From IMG/VR virus record IMGVR_UViG_3300045004_000209: a DNA stretch of 64,000 nt, one strand, 5' to 3'. The position numbers and the translations under genes were made by a program. The notes under the pieces are model-generated. The model worked only from the letters and a program-made list of their open reading frames with translations. It made no database searches and was not told the DNA's origin. This document shows, piece by piece, positions 50,301 through 60,562 of this stretch. The stretch's first letter is position 1. Every line of letters starts with the position of its first letter. Source of the stretch: an uncultured virus (IMG/VR IMGVR_UViG_3300045004_000209). Taxonomy: Duplodnaviria > Heunggongvirae > Uroviricota > Caudoviricetes.

Positions 50301-51329
50301 GATGTTCAACTCCCACATGCCTTGAGGACGCAGTCGGTTTCTTCTCTTGGAACATTCGAGACATCTTTGGGCTTGGGCTCATCCTATTCAGCATCTGTAA
50401 ATAGGGTTGATGCTCCTGAGCCTTCGTCTGTATTTGAAATGGCTATATATACTACTTCGCCAGATCCGACGCAAGCTTCAAGACTTTCGACTGGCGGTTA
50501 TGTTGGAGATCCCTTACAGGTAGAGATCGGAAAAATAAATCAGGGTTTCGGCTTCTTTCCTAAAAATTCAGCTGATGGTCATGGCATATTTGTAAACAAG
50601 GAGCTTTCTAATCGAGCCATTCGCCTGCCAGTTACATGTCCTGATCTTGTTGATCAGTTTGTTTATGTTGGTCGAGAATTGATGCGCGTTAATGTATTAA
50701 ATAATGTCATGTCAATAGATAAAAGATTTAGGCATTCGGTTCATCGTCAAGGTGAGTCTATTTATTTGCTGAGCAGCAATATATTGGATCACATATATCA
50801 AGATGGTAAATATGCTGTCAGATGCATTGCCATCGTTGACGGTATTTTTGACACAAAGAAGCATAGCGCTACTGTTAATTTGACAGGATTGCCCAGCAAG
50901 TCTCATGCTGTTCTAGAATTGCCTAATAGACAAGGTTTTATGATTAACGTTGGTAGGTCTGATGGTTTTACCCTGTCTGCGATAGACAGGCCATCTGCAA
51001 TTGCCCCTGGCGATGTGCTTGTTGAATTAAAAGGTGGAAAATTTGACAAGCGTCATATAGTTTCAAGTGTAAGTGCTGATAAGGTTAATTTGACCACGCG
51101 GGCCGCTCTTGGTTCTTATCAATTCTGGTGCATGCCTTCACCTTCTAGATTCTCAATGTACGATGTGATTGCAAAAAATATCGGCATCGTAAATAATGTT
51201 TTAGAAGGTTCAGTATCGTTTGATTTGTCAAATTTTGAAACTGGATTTTGCGCGTATGTTTGGCTAGCAATTAATAAGAAGTCTTTTGCAGCCGAAAATA
51301 CAGTATCATTCAGGATTGATCCAAAATGA
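47328..51329 (+). CDS. Large virion-associated protein, 1333 aa, with poly-Ser tract
   Basis: ATGA-coupled. Alpha/beta N-terminal two-thirds, beta-rich C-terminus. 20 Ser in 21 residues at 47760-47822. Confidence 0.7.
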   Translation: MTSFVSIREDDSYAVLPVKYMPDGRSIAHMPMCDWGIKECEDNIGSWYLGSTGSLYSHVYGMMEGANLAGYGRFFMVAPMGTYDGNPAANLIAGWDSSVLHLGSAYQPPMDGGSGALIAALRDGKSAFGLQVIVGLRWSLPVTLSSSSNSSSSSSSSSSSSSSSSQTNRVLQLNTWEGSEFPNLFDSLTREWLRQNLQPFVGVVDCVAIYGAFSPTRSLTYGQCVELSNHLMINFGMRVIWLDPELDIDSGVNLPQWFLNSAPIIMRYKESSPMQSIIRSDSSLAVGREIHLASDSYDSGWSKQHIVNDGVHTEMSPGETVNVGKPLEFYHNVSIISKLACDSRTLSGTMSSNNHYLASSASGCPKIRPCVAVSCLENPNINADVARSRIPAWWFSGNPQKCVDSAAKSLVASGWVTGLSQADLKIVSPYGTVGAEKAADIAFDLLLTLSPLAAGSAESLFENGIHLSFEYFGSPLPADYCETVDEGLLDIYPFLFMHPADAIYQFADPLSSASVLSKFPLMTPFMANGIKQSSLWIRKFLNRFSARSNRRSIAAGNSPFVPWVNLISFDNISHPSSVHAACAAELGSETSCAPNSPFAGVWQGISSSGRFSTEKIPGLSFGTMKEEFSSSDVVVDQISRSGSVVGLYSASDIRYDKDAKMYPQNRAFSLWYDLTMRNVALASLRHAVLDNIKNVYPKCKFAIPGISCSYTDFIPNLASEFVADRQGVNSIADSRLINSPIFSYINTSQFGSELIQSPFVPSVGCYNSYEVFGNRQIKDGSNRTDWVIGGSNREVLVGVVSASIKYRDFDTLRTNMQNLHASYVRRWISGSGLPNTKICYMPLVGLRPKGGFGDMRSGFNSSNRALPDGFESTKYHISASKFSQIIDMHKGQVFYDIDQVRSRAEWEELVKSLVTRPLAEESSEEPTSGESLKISYTSSSKNNQAKSVKMSFTNGSVLIKNIDANGGEISRMRIVADNLTEFSKKLATLGIDVQLPHALRTQSVSSLGTFETSLGLGSSYSASVNRVDAPEPSSVFEMAIYTTSPDPTQASRLSTGGYVGDPLQVEIGKINQGFGFFPKNSADGHGIFVNKELSNRAIRLPVTCPDLVDQFVYVGRELMRVNVLNNVMSIDKRFRHSVHRQGESIYLLSSNILDHIYQDGKYAVRCIAIVDGIFDTKKHSATVNLTGLPSKSHAVLELPNRQGFMINVGRSDGFTLSAIDRPSAIAPGDVLVELKGGKFDKRHIVSSVSADKVNLTTRAALGSYQFWCMPSPSRFSMYDVIAKNIGIVNNVLEGSVSFDLSNFETGFCAYVWLAINKKSFAAENTVSFRIDPK

Positions 51330-52339
51330 TTCGTCCCACGCAAGAAACATCTTTAGGATTTGCCCTTTCAGCGTCCCCAATCGTTGAAGTCTTTTCTAAT
51401 CCTGTTTATGTTTCATCTTCACCAACCATTTCTAGCACGGATTTTGGTGCAGCTTTTGTCATGACTCCTGGATGTGTTGTCTCCTGCCTCATGCCTCAAG
51501 CTGTCAACGAGTATCTAACATTCTGTTTTTGGCTGAGAACCGATACCTTTAGACCTGCCGTAAACTCAGACGGAGTTCCTAGTGAGATTCAAGCCACCCT
51601 TTTGTCTTGCTCTGAATCTTCATCTGGAGATATATTTGAGCAAGGGGGGTGGGCATTTTCTAGGATTCAAAGAACAGACGGAATAAGCGATTACCTATTT
51701 TCTCAAAATGAAGGCGGAGTGACGTCATCATTTAGATTTTCTGGCAATGATACTTTTGTATGGCAATTTGTTGTCTTGCAGTTGAAAACAGGTTCGGATC
51801 AAAAAATGAATGTGCATGTAGACGGTCATATTCTAGAAAAAGATACGGAAGGCATACCGGCGCCTTTCGGTATCAAAAGTAATGCTAGAAATCTAAGAGT
51901 CAATCGTCAATTTGCTAGCTTCATCCCAGGCGTAGTGTCTGTTCCCTCTATGGGTGATTGCATGAAAGATCTTGTTGTAACTACTATGGATATAGAGGAT
52001 GCTAGTTTTATGTATGATTTGGTTTCTGCTGTTGGGGCTTCAGATGCGTTCGTGGCTGCAAAAAGTATCCTTCAGCAGGTTATACCTGGGATTCCAGAAT
52101 ATTTTGTTGGGGTTGCTGGGGTGGCAGAAACTTCTTATGGCACATTTGCGGTGCGTGAAGATGGGAAATTATTTGGCATTACTGGTTCGCAGTTTGATGC
52201 TGTCCGAAATTTGAAATCTGTCAATTTTCCCGTAGATATTAAGCCTTTCAAGGTTGTTGAAAACTCAACTTTTAGCAACTCTCCAACTCAAGGCTTGAAA
52301 CTTACAGGTTCAGGAGCTAAATTCTTTGACGGAGGCTGA
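51326..52339 (+). CDS. Concanavalin A-like lectin/LamG-domain protein
   Basis: LTFCFWLRT...TLLS...GGWAFS...WQFVVLQL...MNVHVDG is the LamG-like pattern. Confidence 0.65.
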   Translation: MIRPTQETSLGFALSASPIVEVFSNPVYVSSSPTISSTDFGAAFVMTPGCVVSCLMPQAVNEYLTFCFWLRTDTFRPAVNSDGVPSEIQATLLSCSESSSGDIFEQGGWAFSRIQRTDGISDYLFSQNEGGVTSSFRFSGNDTFVWQFVVLQLKTGSDQKMNVHVDGHILEKDTEGIPAPFGIKSNARNLRVNRQFASFIPGVVSVPSMGDCMKDLVVTTMDIEDASFMYDLVSAVGASDAFVAAKSILQQVIPGIPEYFVGVAGVAETSYGTFAVREDGKLFGITGSQFDAVRNLKSVNFPVDIKPFKVVENSTFSNSPTQGLKLTGSGAKFFDGG

Positions 52340-52381
52340 TTCTCCGCATGTTTGTAAAATGCTGTATCGGGCTGAAACCAT

Positions 52382-55300
52382 ATGGCTGAACTAGAAAATG
52401 TCCGCATAGACGGTAACCCAATATCGGCAACACCATCCGATGTGCTGCCAAAGGGATTCGTCATTTCGTGGGATTGCACTGCTGAATATGATGGATATCA
52501 AATAAGGATAGGATCTTCAGAAGATGAATGGGGCAGCGACAATTTTGATGGAAACATCGCAAATGTGTTTCAGCCAAGTTTGCCTTCCTCGGAGCATGCT
52601 TTCAATTTCGCAGGAGGGCTCGTGCGTGCCAAAGTGTTTTTTGGCCAATTGAAGCTTTTAAACAATGGATCTTGGCTAAAATTCAAAATACGGATAAAGA
52701 CGGTTCCTCAAGTTTCTGCAAATTACTCTGAAAACTCTTTGGGTATAAATACGATACTTTCTATTGATGTGACTCCTTACTCAAATGATGCGGAATACAG
52801 AATAGAGTGGTACTGTAATGGTACAAGAATTTTCGCTATAGACGATAGACCAAGTCTGCCTTCTTCTTATCTCAGATTCGGCGATGAGTGGTTCGCTAGA
52901 GTTATTCCGTTTGACTCTTTAGAATCTGGGGCTCCAGTAGTGCTGTCAGCTCTGACGGTGGACGCTGTTTCTTCTTTTTCTTCTTATATTACCATCCATC
53001 CGACCAATCCCACTTCAGACGATATTCTGTATGCATCTTACGATGCTTCAACTTTTGCAGATGTAAATCAAAATGCTGTATCTTTTATACATAGATGGTT
53101 CGTTAACAACGAGATGGTTTCGCCACCTACTAACGAATCCGACACAGACGGAGGCAGATGGGCACGACTTAGGGTTGTCCCTGGAGACGAAGTTTTTGTT
53201 CAGGTTCAGTCTTTGGTTGCTGGCGCTGAAGGACAAATTTCAACATCTGAGTCGGTTGAGATAGGCGCTTCATCGAGATCTTTCAGCCCAGTTCTTGTTG
53301 ATGGTAGAGCATCAGACAATACATCCAACAGTTTGTCTCCTACAATAACGTGGCGATATCCCGATGCAGATGATTTGGAAATGCGGGTAAAAATAGGAAG
53401 TCTGCCTAGTGATGGATTCTATTGGGAAGAGACGGTGCCCGCGTCATCGGGAATCGCAGTTGTTCCCGAGGGAGTTTTGCTGCCAGGTTTGACATACTAC
53501 ATCACCTTGTCAATTGACGGGTCGGAGTCAATTTCGGATGTGGTTCGCTTTTCTACCCCGGGAAATCCTTGGCTTTCTAGTGCCTCTAATTCAGATGGTT
53601 GGAGGTTGCAATTTGGGATGTTCTGCGTTAAGAATTCAGATTCTAGTCCAACGGTATTATATCCGTATTCTCTAGATGTTTCAGATGATATTTTGTTAAT
53701 TTCACTAGACATATCCCCATCGGCTTTGCGTTTGAGGAGTGGGAGTAATATTGTATACACTGGCATTTTTGATATGACTGTAGAAAAGCAAGTTGGATTG
53801 TCATGCATCGGGAAGACTGTTGCTGTGCATGTTAATTCAGTACAGGTTTTTAACGGGTCTATATCGGGTCAAGAGATTTTTTCCACCTCCAAGTATGTTC
53901 AGATTTCTCCGCGATCTAGAGATTCCACCTCGTATGACTTGACGATATCAAGCGTTAGTTTTGCAAAAAGTTTTTCTCCAGCACAAGAGATGGGCGCATA
54001 TCCACTAGGGTCTCTACCTTGCAGTTCTGTGTCACATATAAGTCAGTCTAGTAGTGGATTTTCTGTTGTTGGCTCCGATGGTACTGCTTCAAGTGACACG
54101 GTGTATTTTGTTTCTCCATCTGTTTATCCGAGAGTCTATGACTGCAGTGTGATTGGTCAATCAGGATCGGGAATATCTTTGATTTCTGGAGATTCATACG
54201 GTCAACATGTCATTGTTGCTCACCCGTTTGGTGCAACAGTGATTTCTGGATCTGCGGTCGATGAATGGAGCCTGTCCTGCAATTTTACTAGTAAGTCATC
54301 ATTGGACGCGTCGGGATTCTCTTCTGTGTCGTCGCACGGAACTGCCCCATTTGCGTATCAACAAAACGATTACTTAATTATAGACACAACTTTCTCCAAT
54401 GTGGGGGTGGAGGCGTCAAGTCAAAATGCTGTGGTTAATGTGGCAAAAATAGAAAACAGACTTGGCATAGAAGTTTATAAATTTTCATTGAGTTCTGGTG
54501 TGCTCAGTGCCGAAATTGCTAGTAACGAGTTTACAGACACTTTTAAGAATCATTTTTCTATATCTTTAATTGATTCAAATATTGCATCAGTAATACAGCA
54601 ACTTAATCAGGTAGACATCGGTGCAAACGCCGATGTCATCCCCTTCTCTCTGTACTACAACGCCTCTGTAACATCTGGGTATGAGGGCGTTAATGCATCG
54701 TTTATAAATGATTTTGATCTTACTGAGTCGTCACCTTTGCTGCTTCAGGTGCTTTCTAAAACTATTTTTGCTGGACTTGTCCCAATGGGGTCTGCTTCAG
54801 GTAGGAAGGCATATATAGAAACTATGCGTGGTAGCACTATCTGGTCGCAATATGCACTTGATGAAGGCGGATACACCATGGAGTTGTCTTTTGCGTATGA
54901 AAAGATAGAGGAGAGTTTGGCATCTGACTCTGTAGATGAGAGCGGCATAGGTCTCTCTTGGTTTGATGGAAAGACAAAGCATAATATAAATATAGAAACT
55001 GAAAAAGTTATTATCGACGGCAACCAAGTCGCGCTTTCTGAGGCGGGTCAGCAGATAGATGTGTTGATATCCAAAAATTCCACGGGCACATCTGCATTCA
55101 TGAAACTTGGCGGCTCTATGGAGTGGAATGGGCCTTTTGAAATCGCCGAAAGCACTGGCGACATGGTTTCTGGTACATGTTTTGACCCCAAAATAGCATG
55201 TTCTTCTGATGGTGCGAGCATGGTTGCGGTGTGGTGGTCCGACGATGGCGGCAATCAACCTGTTTCGTGGATGTCTTGGTGGTCTCAAGATTCGGGGTGG

Positions 55301-58300
55301 TCATTGCCAACCAGGATGTACGGAGACATGCCTTCTTCGAGACCAGATATACTTTGGAGTTCATCTTTGGGCGTCTATCAGGTGTGCCTAACATCTCTTG
55401 ATGGATCGTCTGCAGCCATCATGCATTCCGCTATATTTATTTCTGGAAAATTGCCGAAGATTCAGCCATACAGTCGTGTTGCTCTTGCAAGGTCAGCCAC
55501 TTGTAGTGGCCAAGTTTCCGTAGACGGTGTGGATGCAGTTCATGTTGTGTGGAATGACAATATTTCAGGGCATGACGAGTTGTATCATGCATATCTTCCA
55601 GATTCCGGTGGGTGGTCTTCTGGCGGTAGCAATGGCTATAAGGTTACATCAACTCTTGGAGGGGTGAAGAATCACAAAATTGTATATTCAAGTAACAATT
55701 TATTTGTTGTTTTTGAAAGTCTTGACGGGGTTGGTGGCTCCAAGATCGCCATGGCTCGCTATTTGGTTAGCAAATCAAGATGGGAAAGCAGTGGTGCAGG
55801 GTTAGTAGACATACAACTGTCTTCAGCCATGGACTCATTTGCTTCTTCTAGACCATCCATTGCATCATCGCAAGACGGTAACTGCCATGTGTGCTGGGAC
55901 GACTTTATAAGAAAAGGAACAACACCATCTTCTCACAGATGCATAATGTACAGATCTTTCAACCCGTCATTGACAACACTAAGCACCATCGTGATGGTTG
56001 CTAATGATGATAGTAGAGATTGTACCCATGCCTCTGTTTCTTGCCCAACAGATCCTGTTCTAGTTGCTTTGGCATACTTGAAAAGATCAGTCTCTGTTTC
56101 AGGATTGTCAGGCGTACGTCAAGAACAGTTGGGAGATGTTCCGACTATTCATCTAACTCAGCGCATAAGCACTCAAATAACTTCTTCAGGCTGGCCTGGT
56201 ATGGATGAACACAAGCTAGTGGTGGCTTCAACGGCACGCATAGTAAGCTCCGTTAATTTGGCCTCATCAACATTTAAGAATCTCCATTTTGTTTACGGAT
56301 TCAGCTCCATATCTAGGCAGGACAGGTCTCAAAGAGAATTCTTGAACAATGACACGACTGCATACGGTCGCGTATCGTTGGCAGTATTTTTTGCATCAAT
56401 TACACAACAATTCCTAGAACTGGGGTCTGCGTCTGAATCCACAGACGATGTTTACCTGGCCAGAGTCAATGAGCCATATATCAGGTTCGGAGACATGAGT
56501 TCATTCAGGTCTGCAAAATTGGCTCTATACAAATTGCGTGTATTTGTTGGCGGCGGATATGCGCCTAGACAAATTACCTTTATTGGATCTGCTGCCCAAT
56601 CCTTGCCAGCCAAAAACCCATCAGATGTTGACATAGGTGCATCTGGCGATGCTTTTATAGTTTCTGATGGTCATGTTTTCCATTATGACTGGCAATCAGA
56701 ATCGCTATTTGACATGAGCTCTGAAACTGCGAGAGCAATTACTCATTTGCCAGCACCTGCTGCAGAGGCGCAATCTTGTTATTTTGACAGCGATGGCAAC
56801 ATGCTTGTGCTCACACAAGCTGGTGATGTCTATGTCTCATATGATCTTTTCCGATTTGTGCCATTCAATTTCGGCGCTCCCGTGGTCAAGATTGTAAAAT
56901 CTGACGGTCTATACATAGTAAGGTCATCTAAACTTTTCTATATCAAAAACTGGAATAGGTATGTATCTCAAATACCGTCTTCTCAGCCATCTTCAGCAAT
57001 AGCAGTTGCAGAAGATGATATGGAAGAGATTTGCGATTTCAATGGTGGCGATGTTGCACACTCAAATATTCTCGGCGTTTGCCTGATCGGTCAATTTGGA
57101 GTCAGGAGAATCGTGGATGGGTTTTCAGTCGATGTTGGATCACTCGGATCTTTTGGATCTCAGCGCGTTGTGTCGCTGATAGACGGTCATGATGGAAATG
57201 TGTACTGCGCAACTAGTTCTAGAGTTTTCCGCCTTGATGGCTCAAGGTGGACTCCACTATTATTGGCTTCATCTTCAGGATCTCGCACCAATCTTGGGCA
57301 AATATTCAGCATAAGTAAATTGGCTGATAAATTGATGGTTGCCTGCGAATATGGAGTGTTTGAGTCAAGACCATCAGGCGGTTATATGGTGGGATCTATG
57401 ATAGCGAATTCTTCACTATATATTGTGCCTCCTTCGAGGCCGATTGACACATCATCGTATGAGTTCAGTATGCCAGCTAGCGAGACTATAGAGTCCGACT
57501 CTGTGCTTCAGGTGTCTATTAATGGTCGCCTAGTCAATGTTGGTTTTGGAGTGTCTCAAGAAGATGCTAGCCGTCGCGTTGTTAAATTTGCATGCCCCCT
57601 TCTCGCTGAAGATAATGTATCTTTAGTTGTGAGAGACGATCTCCGACTTATCAGAAAACTTAATCCAAACCGTGCAGAGGTTGCGTCTGGCTACTCTTCA
57701 ACGAGAAAATTGAATCATGTGGCTGACGGAGGTTTGGAATTTTATGCCGTGGCAGATGCTGGCGAAAGATCTGTGGTAAAACTGTCTTCTTCTTCTGGCC
57801 TGCCATCGGACGAGGTTGTCTTGGACACCGAGCCACCGCAAGGCAAATTGAATTTTGTGAGCCAAATTAGCGCCAATGTAGTCAGGTTGTCTATAGATAC
57901 TCTCGGCAGCGAAGATGGTCAATTACCGTATGATGCAACTAGCGGGGTGTCCACCTATGAAATCAGTAATTTTTCTAATTTCACCACTAACGGAGTAACT
58001 CCAGTTGAGCCGAAGCCGTTTACAGCGCAGTTCGATCATAGTCTACTCAATTTGAGTGCTCTGAGTGGACTTATTTGGAATGAGACAAGCGGTAGGATAA
58101 GTGGATTCGTATCTTTCCGACCAGCGTCTGCTCTTTCAGCAAGAGATTTTGTCTTCACTAGTGTTCCTGCGGCTTGCAGGTCAAAGACAGGCGACAATTT
58201 TTCGGAAACACAAACCATGATTGGAACTGATCCTGTCAATTCTGAAATTGCAGGTGTTATTGTTTTTCGCAATGAGCTTTATGTTGCTGTTGTTAAAAGT

Positions 58301-60562
58301 GGAGAAAATGTGGCTATTTACAAGTCTTCAGATGGAGCTCAATTTGTTAGTGTGTCACACCTTGAAGCCGAAGGGTTTGCAGGCTTCTTCCTGAGTGATT
58401 ATGACAACTCCCTATATATGCTTACAGACTCTCCAGCAAGAATATATTATTATACAGGTTCAGGCTCCCCATCAGCTAAAGTTAACTTTGTCGCCGACAG
58501 AGGATCTGGAATATCAGGCTTTGATAGGTTTGTGGTGGTAGCCACCGGGCAAGACAAGCGGATATACCGAGCAGATTTGGGATCTGTTCCCATAGTTGTT
58601 GAGAGTCTGCATTACGATTCGGATGCCTTGACAACAGTTGACAGCCTTGGTACAAATATTTATGTCGGTACTGCCTCTTCCGGTCGCATCATGCGGTCAG
58701 TTGACGAAGACGAGCCATTCTTAGCATCTTTCAGATCCACTACTGCTCCAATACATGCAGTCAAGAAGATTGTCCTTGCAGGGCGAGATAATATTTTCGC
58801 GTCAGTAGGTAGACAAATATACAGATATGCCAACGGCTGGGTTGTCATGGGGCAGTCTGATGCAGACATAGTTGGTATCGGTCAGTCTACGGATAATCAG
58901 GTGGTTTTTTGGACAGCGTCTTCTCTCTACGCTGTCAATGTTTCTGGAGCTGTACGTCGTGTCTACCTCAGGCTTGCTGACAAGGCTGGCAACTCAACAG
59001 TCTTGGCTTCTGAGCCAGATGAAAACGGAGACGGGATAAATGACAATTTGGTATTGGACATAAGTTCTAGTTTGCTCAGATCTTCAGCTATATCCGGTCA
59101 AATAATAGAATTTGAAGGCAACGGAGATACAACGGTCGTGATCGGGAATGGTGACGCTCCGTTCTTTTCTGCAGATCGAATTCGTCGTGAATCTGCGGTC
59201 GTAGAAACTGAGATACTAAACGCAAGCGATGGACATGTGGCTTGGGGGACAATGTCTTGGGTTTCTGTCACCCCACCCGACTCTGAAATATGGATATACT
59301 TCAAGGTTGGCAGAACTAGAGACCAGTGTGCTTCTGCAGAGTACGGCACGCCAATTACATCTGTAGTCGAAGAGTTTGACATGAGCGGCCAAGTAGGCCA
59401 GTTCATACAGATAAAAATAGTTCTCATGTCTACTAGTCCTAATAGCAACCCTATCATGCAGCAGATATCAATAGAGTCGCTTACAAATTCAACTAGTCAA
59501 TTTATAACGACTACTTTTGTCTTGCCTTCGCCTGTAAAACGGGGAATTTTGAGCATGGATAAGCTTGTTCCTGTATCTGCTATGATTGTTCCATGTTTGG
59601 ATACTCTTGATCGTGTTTCTATAGCCGACTTCCAAGAACTTCCTGAAAACAGGCTTTTTTCAGTTGATGGATCTCAGTATGGCACCAAATTGCGTGTTGG
59701 ATTCAAGTTCTTGACTCCTGCTTCATTTATAGATGACGGTACTTCATCAGGAAATTCTCAAGATATTTATAGTAACACTGTGCTTTGGAATATAGACAAT
59801 TCACATTCACAAATAGATGATGTTGTGGATTTTTCTGTTTATTTTTATGATGACCAAGAAAGAACATCTCTTCGTGCATCTGCAAACACCATAGATTCTC
59901 CTCAATATTTCTTATTCGACGGTCTTCCATTCCCCAATGCAAACGGTGCCACTATACTTTTGGGGCGTATAGGTTCATTTGCTATGCTACCATATGCATT
60001 TTCTCTTGTGTCAGGCACGACATATTATGTAGATATTGATGTGATACGAAATGGAGTTGAACAAAATCTTTCTGAATTGAGTAGACCGTTTATAAAAGAA
60101 GCATCTGTATCTATGTATAACATAATTGCTTTTGAGTTTGTGCCTAGTGATGGCTTTGCTGGCGCATATGATTTCAGAATACGCATATATGAAGATGAGG
60201 CACTCACCCAGATGGTGGGGTCCTATTTTTCATTAGCAAACAGCTCTGGATGGACAGCTGGCGATTCGGATGATCCTTGGTTGCCAACACAGCCGCCATT
60301 CTTCGGAACTCAAGATCCAACGAGAGTTACCTTCACTCCTCCATCAGGTGATATTGAGGTAAATAATCGTTATTTCATAACAATCGAATCTTTTAACGGA
60401 CATAATTTCAGTTTCGCTTTTGTTGGATTGACATTTATGAATATCATAGAAACAGGCTTTGATTGTGGAGATCAGGTGAATGTACCAATACTAAAAGGAT
60501 TCAGTATGATGTTTGAATTGGAAAACGGATCTTTGGTTAAGTTCAATTCTCTGACACAATGA
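52382..60562 (+). CDS. Giant modular virion protein, 2726 aa (Ig/FN3-like, several beta-propellers)
   Basis: YRIEWYCNG, FIHRWFVNN Ig-like repeats; PTITWRYPDAD...LLPGLTYYI; VHVVWND, CHVCWDD propeller blades; VYLRLADKAGNS. Confidence 0.75.
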   Translation: MAELENVRIDGNPISATPSDVLPKGFVISWDCTAEYDGYQIRIGSSEDEWGSDNFDGNIANVFQPSLPSSEHAFNFAGGLVRAKVFFGQLKLLNNGSWLKFKIRIKTVPQVSANYSENSLGINTILSIDVTPYSNDAEYRIEWYCNGTRIFAIDDRPSLPSSYLRFGDEWFARVIPFDSLESGAPVVLSALTVDAVSSFSSYITIHPTNPTSDDILYASYDASTFADVNQNAVSFIHRWFVNNEMVSPPTNESDTDGGRWARLRVVPGDEVFVQVQSLVAGAEGQISTSESVEIGASSRSFSPVLVDGRASDNTSNSLSPTITWRYPDADDLEMRVKIGSLPSDGFYWEETVPASSGIAVVPEGVLLPGLTYYITLSIDGSESISDVVRFSTPGNPWLSSASNSDGWRLQFGMFCVKNSDSSPTVLYPYSLDVSDDILLISLDISPSALRLRSGSNIVYTGIFDMTVEKQVGLSCIGKTVAVHVNSVQVFNGSISGQEIFSTSKYVQISPRSRDSTSYDLTISSVSFAKSFSPAQEMGAYPLGSLPCSSVSHISQSSSGFSVVGSDGTASSDTVYFVSPSVYPRVYDCSVIGQSGSGISLISGDSYGQHVIVAHPFGATVISGSAVDEWSLSCNFTSKSSLDASGFSSVSSHGTAPFAYQQNDYLIIDTTFSNVGVEASSQNAVVNVAKIENRLGIEVYKFSLSSGVLSAEIASNEFTDTFKNHFSISLIDSNIASVIQQLNQVDIGANADVIPFSLYYNASVTSGYEGVNASFINDFDLTESSPLLLQVLSKTIFAGLVPMGSASGRKAYIETMRGSTIWSQYALDEGGYTMELSFAYEKIEESLASDSVDESGIGLSWFDGKTKHNINIETEKVIIDGNQVALSEAGQQIDVLISKNSTGTSAFMKLGGSMEWNGPFEIAESTGDMVSGTCFDPKIACSSDGASMVAVWWSDDGGNQPVSWMSWWSQDSGWSLPTRMYGDMPSSRPDILWSSSLGVYQVCLTSLDGSSAAIMHSAIFISGKLPKIQPYSRVALARSATCSGQVSVDGVDAVHVVWNDNISGHDELYHAYLPDSGGWSSGGSNGYKVTSTLGGVKNHKIVYSSNNLFVVFESLDGVGGSKIAMARYLVSKSRWESSGAGLVDIQLSSAMDSFASSRPSIASSQDGNCHVCWDDFIRKGTTPSSHRCIMYRSFNPSLTTLSTIVMVANDDSRDCTHASVSCPTDPVLVALAYLKRSVSVSGLSGVRQEQLGDVPTIHLTQRISTQITSSGWPGMDEHKLVVASTARIVSSVNLASSTFKNLHFVYGFSSISRQDRSQREFLNNDTTAYGRVSLAVFFASITQQFLELGSASESTDDVYLARVNEPYIRFGDMSSFRSAKLALYKLRVFVGGGYAPRQITFIGSAAQSLPAKNPSDVDIGASGDAFIVSDGHVFHYDWQSESLFDMSSETARAITHLPAPAAEAQSCYFDSDGNMLVLTQAGDVYVSYDLFRFVPFNFGAPVVKIVKSDGLYIVRSSKLFYIKNWNRYVSQIPSSQPSSAIAVAEDDMEEICDFNGGDVAHSNILGVCLIGQFGVRRIVDGFSVDVGSLGSFGSQRVVSLIDGHDGNVYCATSSRVFRLDGSRWTPLLLASSSGSRTNLGQIFSISKLADKLMVACEYGVFESRPSGGYMVGSMIANSSLYIVPPSRPIDTSSYEFSMPASETIESDSVLQVSINGRLVNVGFGVSQEDASRRVVKFACPLLAEDNVSLVVRDDLRLIRKLNPNRAEVASGYSSTRKLNHVADGGLEFYAVADAGERSVVKLSSSSGLPSDEVVLDTEPPQGKLNFVSQISANVVRLSIDTLGSEDGQLPYDATSGVSTYEISNFSNFTTNGVTPVEPKPFTAQFDHSLLNLSALSGLIWNETSGRISGFVSFRPASALSARDFVFTSVPAACRSKTGDNFSETQTMIGTDPVNSEIAGVIVFRNELYVAVVKSGENVAIYKSSDGAQFVSVSHLEAEGFAGFFLSDYDNSLYMLTDSPARIYYYTGSGSPSAKVNFVADRGSGISGFDRFVVVATGQDKRIYRADLGSVPIVVESLHYDSDALTTVDSLGTNIYVGTASSGRIMRSVDEDEPFLASFRSTTAPIHAVKKIVLAGRDNIFASVGRQIYRYANGWVVMGQSDADIVGIGQSTDNQVVFWTASSLYAVNVSGAVRRVYLRLADKAGNSTVLASEPDENGDGINDNLVLDISSSLLRSSAISGQIIEFEGNGDTTVVIGNGDAPFFSADRIRRESAVVETEILNASDGHVAWGTMSWVSVTPPDSEIWIYFKVGRTRDQCASAEYGTPITSVVEEFDMSGQVGQFIQIKIVLMSTSPNSNPIMQQISIESLTNSTSQFITTTFVLPSPVKRGILSMDKLVPVSAMIVPCLDTLDRVSIADFQELPENRLFSVDGSQYGTKLRVGFKFLTPASFIDDGTSSGNSQDIYSNTVLWNIDNSHSQIDDVVDFSVYFYDDQERTSLRASANTIDSPQYFLFDGLPFPNANGATILLGRIGSFAMLPYAFSLVSGTTYYVDIDVIRNGVEQNLSELSRPFIKEASVSMYNIIAFEFVPSDGFAGAYDFRIRIYEDEALTQMVGSYFSLANSSGWTAGDSDDPWLPTQPPFFGTQDPTRVTFTPPSGDIEVNNRYFITIESFNGHNFSFAFVGLTFMNIIETGFDCGDQVNVPILKGFSMMFELENGSLVKFNSLTQ

